From the NCBI GenBank assembly GCA_041678665.1, contig JBAYNU010000004.1, forward strand, positions 12,863 through 76,862: a stretch of 64,000 nt of DNA, in the 5' to 3' direction. Shown here piece by piece: positions 9,464 to 17,759 of this stretch (its first letter is position 1; every line of letters starts with the position of its first letter). A model generated the notes under the pieces. That model had not been told where the DNA came from and made no database searches. It saw only the letters and a program-made list of their open reading frames with translations. Origin of the DNA: Candidatus Magasanikiibacteriota bacterium. GTDB taxonomy: Bacteria > Patescibacteriota > Patescibacteriia > Magasanikbacterales > GWA2-37-8. The position numbers and the translations under genes were made by a program.

Positions 9464-9952
9464 ATACTCCAGTTTTTCTTTTAAGTTATTCATAAAAATA
9501 AGCTTTTCTTTGGCGGTATCCATTAATAAAGATGAGCAGGTTTGTTTATAAGGGCTCATTACTTTTTCTAATCTTTCATGTTGATACAAAAATTTAACTA
9601 AGGAACAAAAGTCACCGTCGCTGGTAATAATTAATGCTTTATCAAAATGGTTCTCATAAAAATCAATCATAGTTTGTACAACCAAATCGGCGTCAACATT
9701 GCCTTTGTGTTTACCGTCTTTGTCTGGTAATACCGGTTTGAATTTCAAAATGAAACCGGCTTTTTGAAGTGTATCGTAAAGATTTTGATTATTCTGAATA
9801 TAGCCAATAAAAATATAAGCAATCGAAATATTATATTTATCTTTCAAATAAACACGGAAACGAAAGTGGTCTAACTTCCAACCCAAGGATTTAATTCCAA
9901 GGTTTAAGTTTTGACCATCAATAAAGGCGTAATTGTTGGGGTGAGTGGGCAT
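9446..9952 (-). CDS. NYN (LabA/DUF88, PIN-like) domain putative ribonuclease
   Basis: YAFIDGQNL, KGNVDADL, ITSDGDF, CSSLL; start set at MPTHPNN because a promoter lies in the longer ORF's N-terminus. Confidence 0.88.
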   Translation of the reverse strand: MPTHPNNYAFIDGQNLNLGIKSLGWKLDHFRFRVYLKDKYNISIAYIFIGYIQNNQNLYDTLQKAGFILKFKPVLPDKDGKHKGNVDADLVVQTMIDFYENHFDKALIITSDGDFCSLVKFLYQHERLEKVMSPYKQTCSSLLMDTAKEKLIFMNNLKEKLEYNKKHR

Positions 9953-9971
9953 AAAGCGAAATCTTGGCCGT

Positions 9972-10000
9972 ATTTTATCATAAAAACCATCCCTTGACAA
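9972..10000 (-). promoter_or_regulatory. Sigma70-type promoter for NYN gene
   Basis: Minus strand TTGTCA-17 bp-TAAAAT with extended TG. Confidence 0.5.
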
Positions 10001-10120
10001 ATAAAGTATCGGCTCCGCCGACATATTTATCTAATCGCCCTTCATTCCCGCCGCAAAGACAGGGTATTACGGGCTTCTAATAAAACCGACGCGGTTTAGG
10101 CGGCGGTTTATATGTGAATA

Positions 10121-10159
10121 GGTCCTTCGACTCGACCAAAGACCTCGCTCAGGATGACA
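10121..10159 (-). repeat. TGTCAT-family half element, intergenic (after der)
   Basis: Minus strand TGTCATCCTGAGCGAGGTCTTTGGTCGAGTCGAAGGACC. Confidence 0.8.
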
Positions 10160-10175
10160 TCGCAATAATGTAATG

Positions 10176-11552
10176 TTATCTTTTCAGCTTGCTCATTTTA
10201 ATAATGATTGGAGAGGCGAAAAATCCAAATTGTTCACGGAGTCGATTTTCTAAGAAGTGAATATAAGAGATGTGCACCGAGGTTCTATTTTTTATCATAA
10301 TTTGAAACATCGGGGGATTGTTACGTAGCTGGCTCATGCCCAAGATCTGGGGATGGCGTACGCCAATACCGCGCGTGGGTAGATGTTTTTTGACAGAGCT
10401 TTTTATAAAATTACGCAGAGTTTCTGAAGGAATTTCGGTTTGTCTTCCTTGCCACGCATCCATAATTAGAGGAAAAATTTGGTGGACTTTGTATCCGGTT
10501 TTGGCGCTGACAAAAGCAATCGGCGCAAAATCTAAGTGCGGGAAGCTTTTGTAAATCATATTTTTTACTTCATTGCGGAAAGCGTCGTCGTTTTCATCGG
10601 CGGTATCCCATTTATTTACGATGATAATTACACTTTTGGTATGTTCGCGCAAAAGCCCTGCGAGTTGTTGGTCTTGGTCGGTAATCGGTTCGGCGGCATC
10701 AAGCACGATAAGCACAATATCGGATTTATTAATCATGTCCAAACTTTTGCCGATGCCTTGTTTTTCCAAATTACCGCTGACTTTGGTTTTGCGGCGGATG
10801 CCGGCGGTGTCGACAAATAAAATATTATTTTTTTCATAGCGCACCAAGATATCATGCGGTTCGCGCGTGGTATGAGGCATGTCGGAGACGATGACGCGGT
10901 TTTCTCCAATGAGCTGATTGAATAAAGATGATTTGCCTACATTAGGTCGGCCCACCAGCGCCACTTTGATTGGATTAAGTTCTTTAAGTTGTTTGGGACG
11001 TACCGGCAATTTATTGAATTGTTTAAAAATTAGATCCATTAAGTCTCCGAGGTTGGCGCTGTTAAGACCGGACACCGGAAAGGGCTGACCCAACCCAAGT
11101 TTTAGAAAGTTGTGGTCATGAATACGCAAGCGCAATTCTTCGCTGTCGGCTTTATTGGCGACAAAAATAATTTTTTTCATTTTGTTTTTTGCCAATTTTT
11201 GTAGGCGTTTAGCCAATTCTCTTTCTTGAGTGAGAATTTCTTCTTGAATATCCGTGACAAATAAAATTATATCCGCTTCAGTTAGTGCGATTTCTGTTTG
11301 TTTAATAATATCTTCTTCCAAAGGGACTTGACTATCGAAGGTTAGTCCGCCGGTATCAATAATGCGAAAATTTTTTCCGCGCCAAGAAGCTACCGCTACA
11401 TTGCGAGTACGGGTGGTGCCGGCCACATCAGACACGATGGCCAAGTTTCTTTCCAAGATTTTGTTGAATAAAGTGGATTTACCAACGTTAACTTTGCCTA
11501 CCAAAGCGACGGTGGGGAGATTCTGTTCAATTATTTTGGCTGGAGTAGACAT
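10176..11552 (-). CDS. der: Ribosome biogenesis GTPase Der (EngA)
   Basis: Two G domains (GKVNVGKS/DTGG/NKAD; GRPNVGKS/DTAG/NKWD) plus KH-like C-terminus. Confidence 0.96.
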   Translation of the reverse strand: MSTPAKIIEQNLPTVALVGKVNVGKSTLFNKILERNLAIVSDVAGTTRTRNVAVASWRGKNFRIIDTGGLTFDSQVPLEEDIIKQTEIALTEADIILFVTDIQEEILTQERELAKRLQKLAKNKMKKIIFVANKADSEELRLRIHDHNFLKLGLGQPFPVSGLNSANLGDLMDLIFKQFNKLPVRPKQLKELNPIKVALVGRPNVGKSSLFNQLIGENRVIVSDMPHTTREPHDILVRYEKNNILFVDTAGIRRKTKVSGNLEKQGIGKSLDMINKSDIVLIVLDAAEPITDQDQQLAGLLREHTKSVIIIVNKWDTADENDDAFRNEVKNMIYKSFPHLDFAPIAFVSAKTGYKVHQIFPLIMDAWQGRQTEIPSETLRNFIKSSVKKHLPTRGIGVRHPQILGMSQLRNNPPMFQIMIKNRTSVHISYIHFLENRLREQFGFFASPIIIKMSKLKR

Positions 11553-11558
11553 AGTGTT

Positions 11559-11626
11559 GATAGCTATTAGCTTACAGCTTTTAGCTTTTAGAAATTAAGT
11601 ACCTAACAGCTACACGCTATCAGCTT
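11559..11626. repeat. AGCT-core heptamer inverted array upstream of der
   Basis: TAGCTAT TAGCTTA CAGCTTT TAGCTTT ... CAGCTAC ACGCTAT CAGCT. Confidence 0.7.
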
Positions 11627-11632
11627 CACCGT

Positions 11633-13177
11633 TTATTGTTTATCTTCTCCTAGAATTACTAGAATATCCGTATCCGGGCGATATTTGAGACCAATTTCAA
11701 TATTAGCAGTATCGGGATAATCGTAAGCTTCCATTAACCAATCTGGCAAAGTAGCGGTAGATTTAATGCCCAGTTCTTTTTCTAAGTTATTAATAATTTC
11801 GGTAGCAGCGGTCTGATTGATAATATAAATTGCAGTTTTTTCCAGAGGACGTTTAGAGCTGTTGCCGATAGTGGCGATAGTAAATCCTTGAGCCTCAAGC
11901 TGGGCTTGATATTTGGCCGCTAAACCTACACGCCAAGTACCGTTTTGAAGTTCAATTTTGGCGGTGGAAAATACCGATTGATTAGCCGGTGTAGATATCA
12001 CAGAATCGGTGGTGGCGACAGTCTGTGAATTATTTTCTGTGAAAACATTTTTAATTGCCAGGTTAATATTATTAAAATTTTCATTTTTTGGTCCTAATAA
12101 AAAAGCGCCGTTTTGTCCAAAGTAGGAATAGAGAAATCCATCGGGAGAATTATCCAGTACTAAGGTTTTAAAATTATTATTCATTTCGCGCGCTAGGCCG
12201 GCTAAGTACATAATTTGTCCAAAGTTTAGGTTGGTAATAATGTGGCTGGAAAGAGTATTTAGCATTTCTTGAACTTTGACGGGATTGGTATAAGTTCCAA
12301 AAGATAATAGGCGATCTTTAAGCGCTGAAATAACCTGCTGTTGGCGTTTGGAACGCGCAAAATCAGAACCCTCACCGTTGTTACCATGGCGAGAGCGCGC
12401 ATATTCCAAAGCCCGTTGTCCACTCATGGTTTGGATACCGGCAACGAAACTTATTGGTCTATAAGAGTTGTTTTCACCCGGAAATTCATTATCGGAAAAA
12501 GCGCGTGGCACATCAATGGTAATGCCACCCACGGCATTGATTAAATCTTCAAATGCTTGAAAGTCAACTCGAATATAGTAGGGAATGTCTAAATTAAAAG
12601 TATCGGCGAAAGTTTCACGCGCCAATTCACCGCCGGTGCCGGTAGCTTGCGCTTCGCCATAGGCATTGGCATAATTTATTTTATTAATACCATGCCCATC
12701 AATCTTTACTCCCAAATCGCGCGGTACCGATATCATGGCAATTTGTTTAGTGCTAGGTTTAATGCTAACTATAATATTGGTGTCGGTAAGATAAGGCCCA
12801 TCGTGACCGACTCCTCCCATGCCTAACAGCAAGATGTTTATTCGGTCGGTCGCTTCTCCATCCAAAACATTCTCCGATTTGAAGATATAATTTTTTACCG
12901 TTTGTAAAAAACCCACTCGGCGCGGCTTGAGAGTAATAGGATCATAAACAGTTGGGTCATCAGGCATGTCGGAGAGAGAATAGTGGCGGACGCCGCAGTT
13001 GACTCCGACGACTAAAATTATTAATAAAATAAAATACAGCCACCAGTGTTTTTTACGAGGTGGTTGTTCGTGTAAATGATGATTGCGCGGTCTGAGGAAA
13101 TTCGTCGGATGGGGGGGGAGATATGGTTTACCGGGAAAGTCCTGATGATTATCGATTATTTCTTCATCTTTATCCAT
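11633..13177 (-). CDS. LCP (LytR-CpsA-Psr) family cell-envelope ligase with LytR_C domain
   Basis: RINILLLG, TDT, SVPRDL, KINYA, YARSRH, SDFARSKRQQ; C-terminal ELQNGT..GLA; N-terminal TM; start uncertain (13177/13198). Confidence 0.9.
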   Translation of the reverse strand: MDKDEEIIDNHQDFPGKPYLPPHPTNFLRPRNHHLHEQPPRKKHWWLYFILLIILVVGVNCGVRHYSLSDMPDDPTVYDPITLKPRRVGFLQTVKNYIFKSENVLDGEATDRINILLLGMGGVGHDGPYLTDTNIIVSIKPSTKQIAMISVPRDLGVKIDGHGINKINYANAYGEAQATGTGGELARETFADTFNLDIPYYIRVDFQAFEDLINAVGGITIDVPRAFSDNEFPGENNSYRPISFVAGIQTMSGQRALEYARSRHGNNGEGSDFARSKRQQQVISALKDRLLSFGTYTNPVKVQEMLNTLSSHIITNLNFGQIMYLAGLAREMNNNFKTLVLDNSPDGFLYSYFGQNGAFLLGPKNENFNNINLAIKNVFTENNSQTVATTDSVISTPANQSVFSTAKIELQNGTWRVGLAAKYQAQLEAQGFTIATIGNSSKRPLEKTAIYIINQTAATEIINNLEKELGIKSTATLPDWLMEAYDYPDTANIEIGLKYRPDTDILVILGEDKQ

Positions 13178-13393
13178 ACGGGGAGTATTATAGCACAACC
13201 GGTCAAAATTTCAACCCAGTACTTTGGCGGGCTTGATTTTTGTTTTAAATGGTGTTATTATAGTTGGGAGCTTTTATTGTCCTGATATTTTATCGGCGAG
13301 AATCATTAAAATATCAATGATTTGTTAGGTTTTAGTTTTGAGGTCGTCGGGGATGCTTAAAAAGTAAAAAACAGGGTTGGAACTTTATTTTAC

Positions 13394-13467
13394 GGACTCA
13401 TAGCTCAGTTGGTTAGAGCGTACGGTTCACATCCGTAAGGTCAGAGGTTCGAGCCCTCTTGAGTCCA
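13394..13467 (+). tRNA. tRNA-Val (CAC)
   Basis: GGACTCA/TGAGTCC acceptor, TACGG-TTCACAT-CCGTA anticodon arm, GGTTCGAG T-loop; CCA not encoded. Confidence 0.95.
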
Positions 13468-13500
13468 CCGGGGAGGGGTTTTGCATTTTGATTTATTTAT

Positions 13501-14007
13501 ATGCCTATCAATATTTTGAAGGAAAATGTAAATCTGGGCAAAATAATGTTCCAATGGAGCATCAAAGAATACGAAAAATTTGAGCGTGAGCGCAGTTGGT
13601 ATATTTTGGTAGCTATTATTGGTATCGCCCTTTTATCTTATGCTATCATTGTTGCTAATTATTTGTTTGCCTTGATTTTGGTGCTTTTGGGAATAATTTC
13701 TTTTTTGCACGAGATGCAAGATCCGATGGATGTGCCTTTTGCCATTACCGAGATAGGGATTGTGTTGGGCGGTAAATTTTATCGTTATAGCGAAATTAAG
13801 AATTTTTGGATAATCTATAACCCACCGGAAGTAAAGAAATTATATTTTTCCACTGATGCGGTTTTGCGTGGCGTGATTCAAGTTCCACTTTTGGATTACG
13901 ACCCTCGTCCGATCCGACAATTCCTTAGTCAGTATTTGTTAGAGGATTTAACTCAAGAAGAAGAACCACTAGGAGATATGATCGCGCGTCGGTGGCAAAT
14001 ACATTAA
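13501..14007 (+). CDS. Hypothetical membrane protein (two TM helices + soluble domain)
   Basis: 168-aa ORF, hydrophobic hairpin after WY, conserved-looking FWIIYNPPEVKKLYF. Confidence 0.7.
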   Translation: MPINILKENVNLGKIMFQWSIKEYEKFERERSWYILVAIIGIALLSYAIIVANYLFALILVLLGIISFLHEMQDPMDVPFAITEIGIVLGGKFYRYSEIKNFWIIYNPPEVKKLYFSTDAVLRGVIQVPLLDYDPRPIRQFLSQYLLEDLTQEEEPLGDMIARRWQIH

Positions 14008-14012
14008 GTAAA

Positions 14013-14034
14013 AATCCCGACAATTGTCGGGATT
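14013..14034. repeat. Perfect 22-bp palindrome (ATCCCGAC family / terminator)
   Basis: AATCCCGACAA-TTGTCGGGATT; similar CCCGAC..GTCGGG nested at 61728-61745. Confidence 0.6.
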
Positions 14035-14050
14035 AGTTTAAAAAATTTAG

Positions 14051-14122
14051 GACCTCGTCGTTCAATGGATAGGACATTAGCCTGCGAAGCTGAAAATCCA
14101 GGTTCGACTCCTGGCGGGGTCA
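14051..14122 (+). tRNA. tRNA-Arg (GCG)
   Basis: GACCTCG/CGGGGTC acceptor, TTAGC-CTGCGAA-GCTGA anticodon arm, GGTTCGAC; CCA not encoded. Confidence 0.92.
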
Positions 14123-14263
14123 CAAATAAAAATATCTCAACCGAGTTGAGATATTTTTATTTGTGTTCTGTCTGGGAGTCGAACAGGGAGGGGTTTGGGG
14201 AACGGTAGTTTTTATTCGTTATGGGATTTTGTGTTTTTATTTTAAGGGTGATAGAATTAACGC

Positions 14264-16423
14264 ATGATTGATTTATCCGCCAAAATTATCGCTCTTAATC
14301 GCGTGGGCAAAACACTGGCTCGGCGATTTAAGTATTTAGGGATTGTAACCGCTCAAGACCTGCTTTTTTATTTTCCTTTTCGCTATGAAGATTATCGTCA
14401 GATTGTGCCGATAAAAGATTTGAGCGACGGCGCCATGGTAACGGTGCAGGCAAAGATTGAATTAATTGCTAACAGGCGCAGCTGGAAAAAGCATAAGATG
14501 ATTACCGAGGCTTTGGTAGCTGATGATACGGGCAGTGTAAGGGTGGTGTGGTTTAATCAGCCATATATCGCCAAGACTTTGAAAATTGGTGATGCGGTTT
14601 TTTTATCAGGCAAGGTTAAGTCAGATATGCTCGGATCGCAATTAGTAAATCCAATGTATGAAAAAGTCGGTCAAGGCGATTCCACCCACACGGCGCGTTT
14701 AGTGCCAATATATCCTCTTACTGCCGGCATCACGCAAAAGCAGCTGCGTTTTTTGATGGGGCAAGTTATTGGATTGGCGGAGAGTGCGAAAGAGTGGCTG
14801 CCGGATGAAATTTTGGAGAAGTATGATTTAGTGGATTTGCCCCATGCGTTGCGGGGCGTTCATTTTCCCCATGATGAGAACGACCTTAAGCAGAGTACCA
14901 ATCGGCTTAAGTTTGGGGAATTATTTTTACTGCAAATGAAAGCCGCGCGGGCGCGTTTGGCTAAGGTAAGCCAAAAAGCGTCAATACTCACATTTCCCGA
15001 AGCACAAATTAAGGAGTTTGTCAAGGGTTTGCCATTTGCCCTTACTCGGGCGCAAAAGGTGGCGGCATGGGAGATTTTGCAGGATTTAGCCAAGCCCACT
15101 CCTATGAATCGTTTGCTTTCAGGCGACGTGGGGAGCGGTAAAACTGTAGTAGCGGCGATGGCGATGTATAGTGCCGCTCTTAACGGATATCAAGCGGTTT
15201 TAATGGCGCCAACCGAAATACTTGCGCGACAGCATTATGATTCAGTGAGTAAGATGTTGGGGGATAAAGTGAGTATTGGACTTTTGACTAGGAGTCAGAT
15301 TGAAAAATCCCAAATTCAAAATGACAAATTACAAATAAATTCAAAATTACAAATTACAAAAATAAAAAAAGATTTATTAAATAATATTAAGTTAGGAGAA
15401 ATAAAAATCGTCATCGGCACGCATACTTTGCTTTCGGAAAAAGTGGAGTTTCAAAATCTTGGTCTTACGATTATCGATGAACAGCATCGTTTCGGGGTGG
15501 AACAGAGAAAGACCATCAAAGAGAAGATGGTGGATGCCGATACTACCCGGTCGCATTTTCTTTCTATGACTGCGACGCCGATTCCGCGGTCACTGGCGCT
15601 TTTGCTATATGGAGATTTAGAGCTGTCGGTGTTAAATGAAATGCCGCCCGGGCGCAAGAAAATTATTACCAAGTTAGTGGAGCCGGCTAAGCGCGCCAAA
15701 GCGTATGATTTTATTGACAAACAAGTGAAAGCCGGTAGGCAAGTGTTTGTGGTGTGTCCATTGATTGAAGAACAAGGAATAAAGAATAAGGAAAAAAGCG
15801 AAATGGAAAATAATAATTCCTTACTCCTTACTCCTTACTCCTTTGTGTCAGAAAAAAAATCAGTAATGTCCGAATACGAAAAACTTTCCAAAAAAATATT
15901 TCCTGATTTACGGGTGGCGTATTTGCATGGCAAACTAAAGGAGAAGGACGAAGTGATGCGCGCGTTTAAAGATGACAAGTATGATATCTTAATTTCCACA
16001 TCAGTCGTTGAGGTAGGGGTGGACGTGCCCAACGCCAGTGTGATGATGATTGAAGGGGCGGACAGATTTGGCTTGGCGCAGTTGCATCAATTTCGCGGGC
16101 GGGTGGGTAGAGCCGAGCATCAATCGTATTGTTTGTTGTTTACCGATAATAATACTGCGCGCGTGCAGGAACGTCTGCGTTATTTTGAACAGCACCACGA
16201 TGGATTTAAACTCGCGGAAAAAGATTTGGAAATGCGCGGTCCGGGCGAAGTTTATGGCACCCAGCAGAGCGGAATGATGAATCTGCGTTTAGCCACTTTG
16301 GCTGATCGGGATTTAATAAAAAAAGCGCGGGAAAGCGCGCAAGAAATTATTGCGCATTTAGATAAATTTCCGATTTTAAAAAAGAAAGTGGAGAAGTTTG
16401 GCAAAGAGGTGCATTTAGAGTAG
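14264..16423 (+). CDS. recG: ATP-dependent DNA helicase RecG
   Basis: wedge domain, GDVGSGKT, MAPTEILA, DEQHRFG, MTATPIPR, QLHQFRGRVGR, DLEMRGPGE. Confidence 0.97.
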   Translation: MIDLSAKIIALNRVGKTLARRFKYLGIVTAQDLLFYFPFRYEDYRQIVPIKDLSDGAMVTVQAKIELIANRRSWKKHKMITEALVADDTGSVRVVWFNQPYIAKTLKIGDAVFLSGKVKSDMLGSQLVNPMYEKVGQGDSTHTARLVPIYPLTAGITQKQLRFLMGQVIGLAESAKEWLPDEILEKYDLVDLPHALRGVHFPHDENDLKQSTNRLKFGELFLLQMKAARARLAKVSQKASILTFPEAQIKEFVKGLPFALTRAQKVAAWEILQDLAKPTPMNRLLSGDVGSGKTVVAAMAMYSAALNGYQAVLMAPTEILARQHYDSVSKMLGDKVSIGLLTRSQIEKSQIQNDKLQINSKLQITKIKKDLLNNIKLGEIKIVIGTHTLLSEKVEFQNLGLTIIDEQHRFGVEQRKTIKEKMVDADTTRSHFLSMTATPIPRSLALLLYGDLELSVLNEMPPGRKKIITKLVEPAKRAKAYDFIDKQVKAGRQVFVVCPLIEEQGIKNKEKSEMENNNSLLLTPYSFVSEKKSVMSEYEKLSKKIFPDLRVAYLHGKLKEKDEVMRAFKDDKYDILISTSVVEVGVDVPNASVMMIEGADRFGLAQLHQFRGRVGRAEHQSYCLLFTDNNTARVQERLRYFEQHHDGFKLAEKDLEMRGPGEVYGTQQSGMMNLRLATLADRDLIKKARESAQEIIAHLDKFPILKKKVEKFGKEVHLE
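15302..15365 (+). repeat. CAAAT-family array in frame inside recG
   Basis: GAAAAATCCCAAATTCAAAATGACAAATTACAAATAAATTCAAAATTACAAATT = EKSQIQNDKLQINSKLQI; near-identical to radA copy. Confidence 0.88.
15771..15845. repeat. AAGGAGT/ACTCCTT heptamer inverted array in frame inside recG
   Basis: AAGGAATAAAGAATAAGG...TTCCTTACTCCTTACTCCTTACTCCTT; encodes QGIKNKEK...SLLLTPYSF after VVCPLIEE. Confidence 0.8.
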
Positions 16424-16495
16424 GGACCACGCTTGCCCGCCTTTGGCGGGAATCTTACGACACGAATCACACGAATTTGTGTATATTAGTGGTCC
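16424..16495. repeat. CACGAAT-family element with 7-bp terminal inverted repeats and nested 15-bp hairpin
   Basis: GGACCAC...GTGGTCC ends; CACGAAT x2; CCCGCCTTTGGCGGG at 16436-16450; abuts recG stop. Confidence 0.6.
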
Positions 16496-16610
16496 ATTGA
16501 CAAATGTGGTATTTTTGATATACTATGTTTTAGTTCATTTTATATTGGGAGGAACTGTAGGGGGGTCTACAATTCCGTTTTTAATAGCTGGTTAAAAGAG
16601 GAGAACGAGG

Positions 16611-17003
16611 ATGGATTCGAATTGCTTGTCATTATTGGACAAGAGAGCGATTGCTGATCTGGCTTTAAAAGCGATTGAGTTCGCAAATAAGGGTAACTTT
16701 TCGTTAGCCCATATTACACAGCCAGAACGTTTTTCGCAGGTAAAGCCATGTATTTTCGTTGCTGTTGCCGGCGAAGAAACCCCCGACATGTTAAGAGGGG
16801 CAAGAATTTTATCAAAAATGAGCGATAGAGAGTTCGGTATGCTGACCAAAAAAATTGAGGACGACACAGGGGTTAAGGTCGGGGATTTTCTCACGACTCG
16901 GAAAAAAATGGTGATAAAATTCGAAGGCAATGCGAAAGAAAAAAGTGTGACCCGGAAATCGGCATCCACACGCCGGCATTCCAACAGTGAAGCAGTGCTA
17001 TAA
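16611..17003 (+). CDS. Orphan hypothetical protein
   Basis: Own promoter (TTGACA 16497, TATACT 16519), GAGGAG RBS, downstream terminator 17022-17070. Confidence 0.6.
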   Translation: MDSNCLSLLDKRAIADLALKAIEFANKGNFSLAHITQPERFSQVKPCIFVAVAGEETPDMLRGARILSKMSDREFGMLTKKIEDDTGVKVGDFLTTRKKMVIKFEGNAKEKSVTRKSASTRRHSNSEAVL

Positions 17004-17141
17004 AAGGTAGGATTTATACTCAGGCGCCGTCGCGGTCGTGTTCCCCCACGACCCCGGCGCTTGTTTTTTTATCTATTTTTATATATTGGCTAAATTTGTT
17101 AATTGAGTTATAATGCTAGTATGATAACTAAATGATAAATT

Positions 17142-17759
17142 ATGTCTAATTTTAGAGAAGGAGCCGGGGGTGAACCACTTGTTGATCCGATGGCTTTGGA
17201 AAGTTTGAGCAACAAGGAAGTTGTTGGGTTAAAATGGCCGGTTGAAGCCATTAGTTCGGTTATTCCCAAGCATTATCAAGACAAAAATAGCTACGGATTT
17301 TTATCACCGGAAAATAAACATGGCAACGAATTATTGTTGTGCGTATATCGCAAAGGCAAAACAGCCAAGGGTGCGGAAGCTGATTTTTATTTTGGTGAAG
17401 AGACTATAGACGAAGAATTATTAAAGCAATTGAAAGGCAAAGGCCGTCCAGAGTTTTTTGTGCATCTAGGTAAAATGAATAATGAACCGCAAACATTGGT
17501 TTTGCACAGCATTGATTTGGCGCAAGCCAGCCGTGGGCAGGGGATTGGAGCGGAATTTAACCAAAGATTACTTATTATAGCAAAACAGCTTGGTTTTAAT
17601 AAAATTGTGGTCTCGGTGGTGAACGAGTCGGCTAAGAATTTGTATAAAAGTTTGGGATTTACTTCGGCTACCGGGGAGACCTTGAGAAATATGAAAATAC
17701 AAGGTATTTATACCCGCGATCCCAATAAGAAGGAATATCCGATGGTGCGGATTATTTAA
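17142..17759 (+). CDS. GNAT-family N-acetyltransferase
   Basis: SRGQGIG acetyl-CoA motif, NESAKNLYKSLGF. Confidence 0.75.
   Translation: MSNFREGAGGEPLVDPMALESLSNKEVVGLKWPVEAISSVIPKHYQDKNSYGFLSPENKHGNELLLCVYRKGKTAKGAEADFYFGEETIDEELLKQLKGKGRPEFFVHLGKMNNEPQTLVLHSIDLAQASRGQGIGAEFNQRLLIIAKQLGFNKIVVSVVNESAKNLYKSLGFTSATGETLRNMKIQGIYTRDPNKKEYPMVRII

Noticed and set aside
9953-10024. N-terminal extension MSAEPILYLSR... of the NYN ORF
   Set aside because: Overlaps a promoter and hairpin element; the domain starts right after Met at 9952.
13262-13393. Leader before tRNA-Val as a riboswitch or ncRNA
   Set aside because: Only a weak GATATTTT/AAAATATC stem; no recognisable conserved motif.
16592-16984. 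130-aa minus-strand ORF
   Set aside because: Shadow of the plus-strand ORF, which has promoter, SD and terminator.
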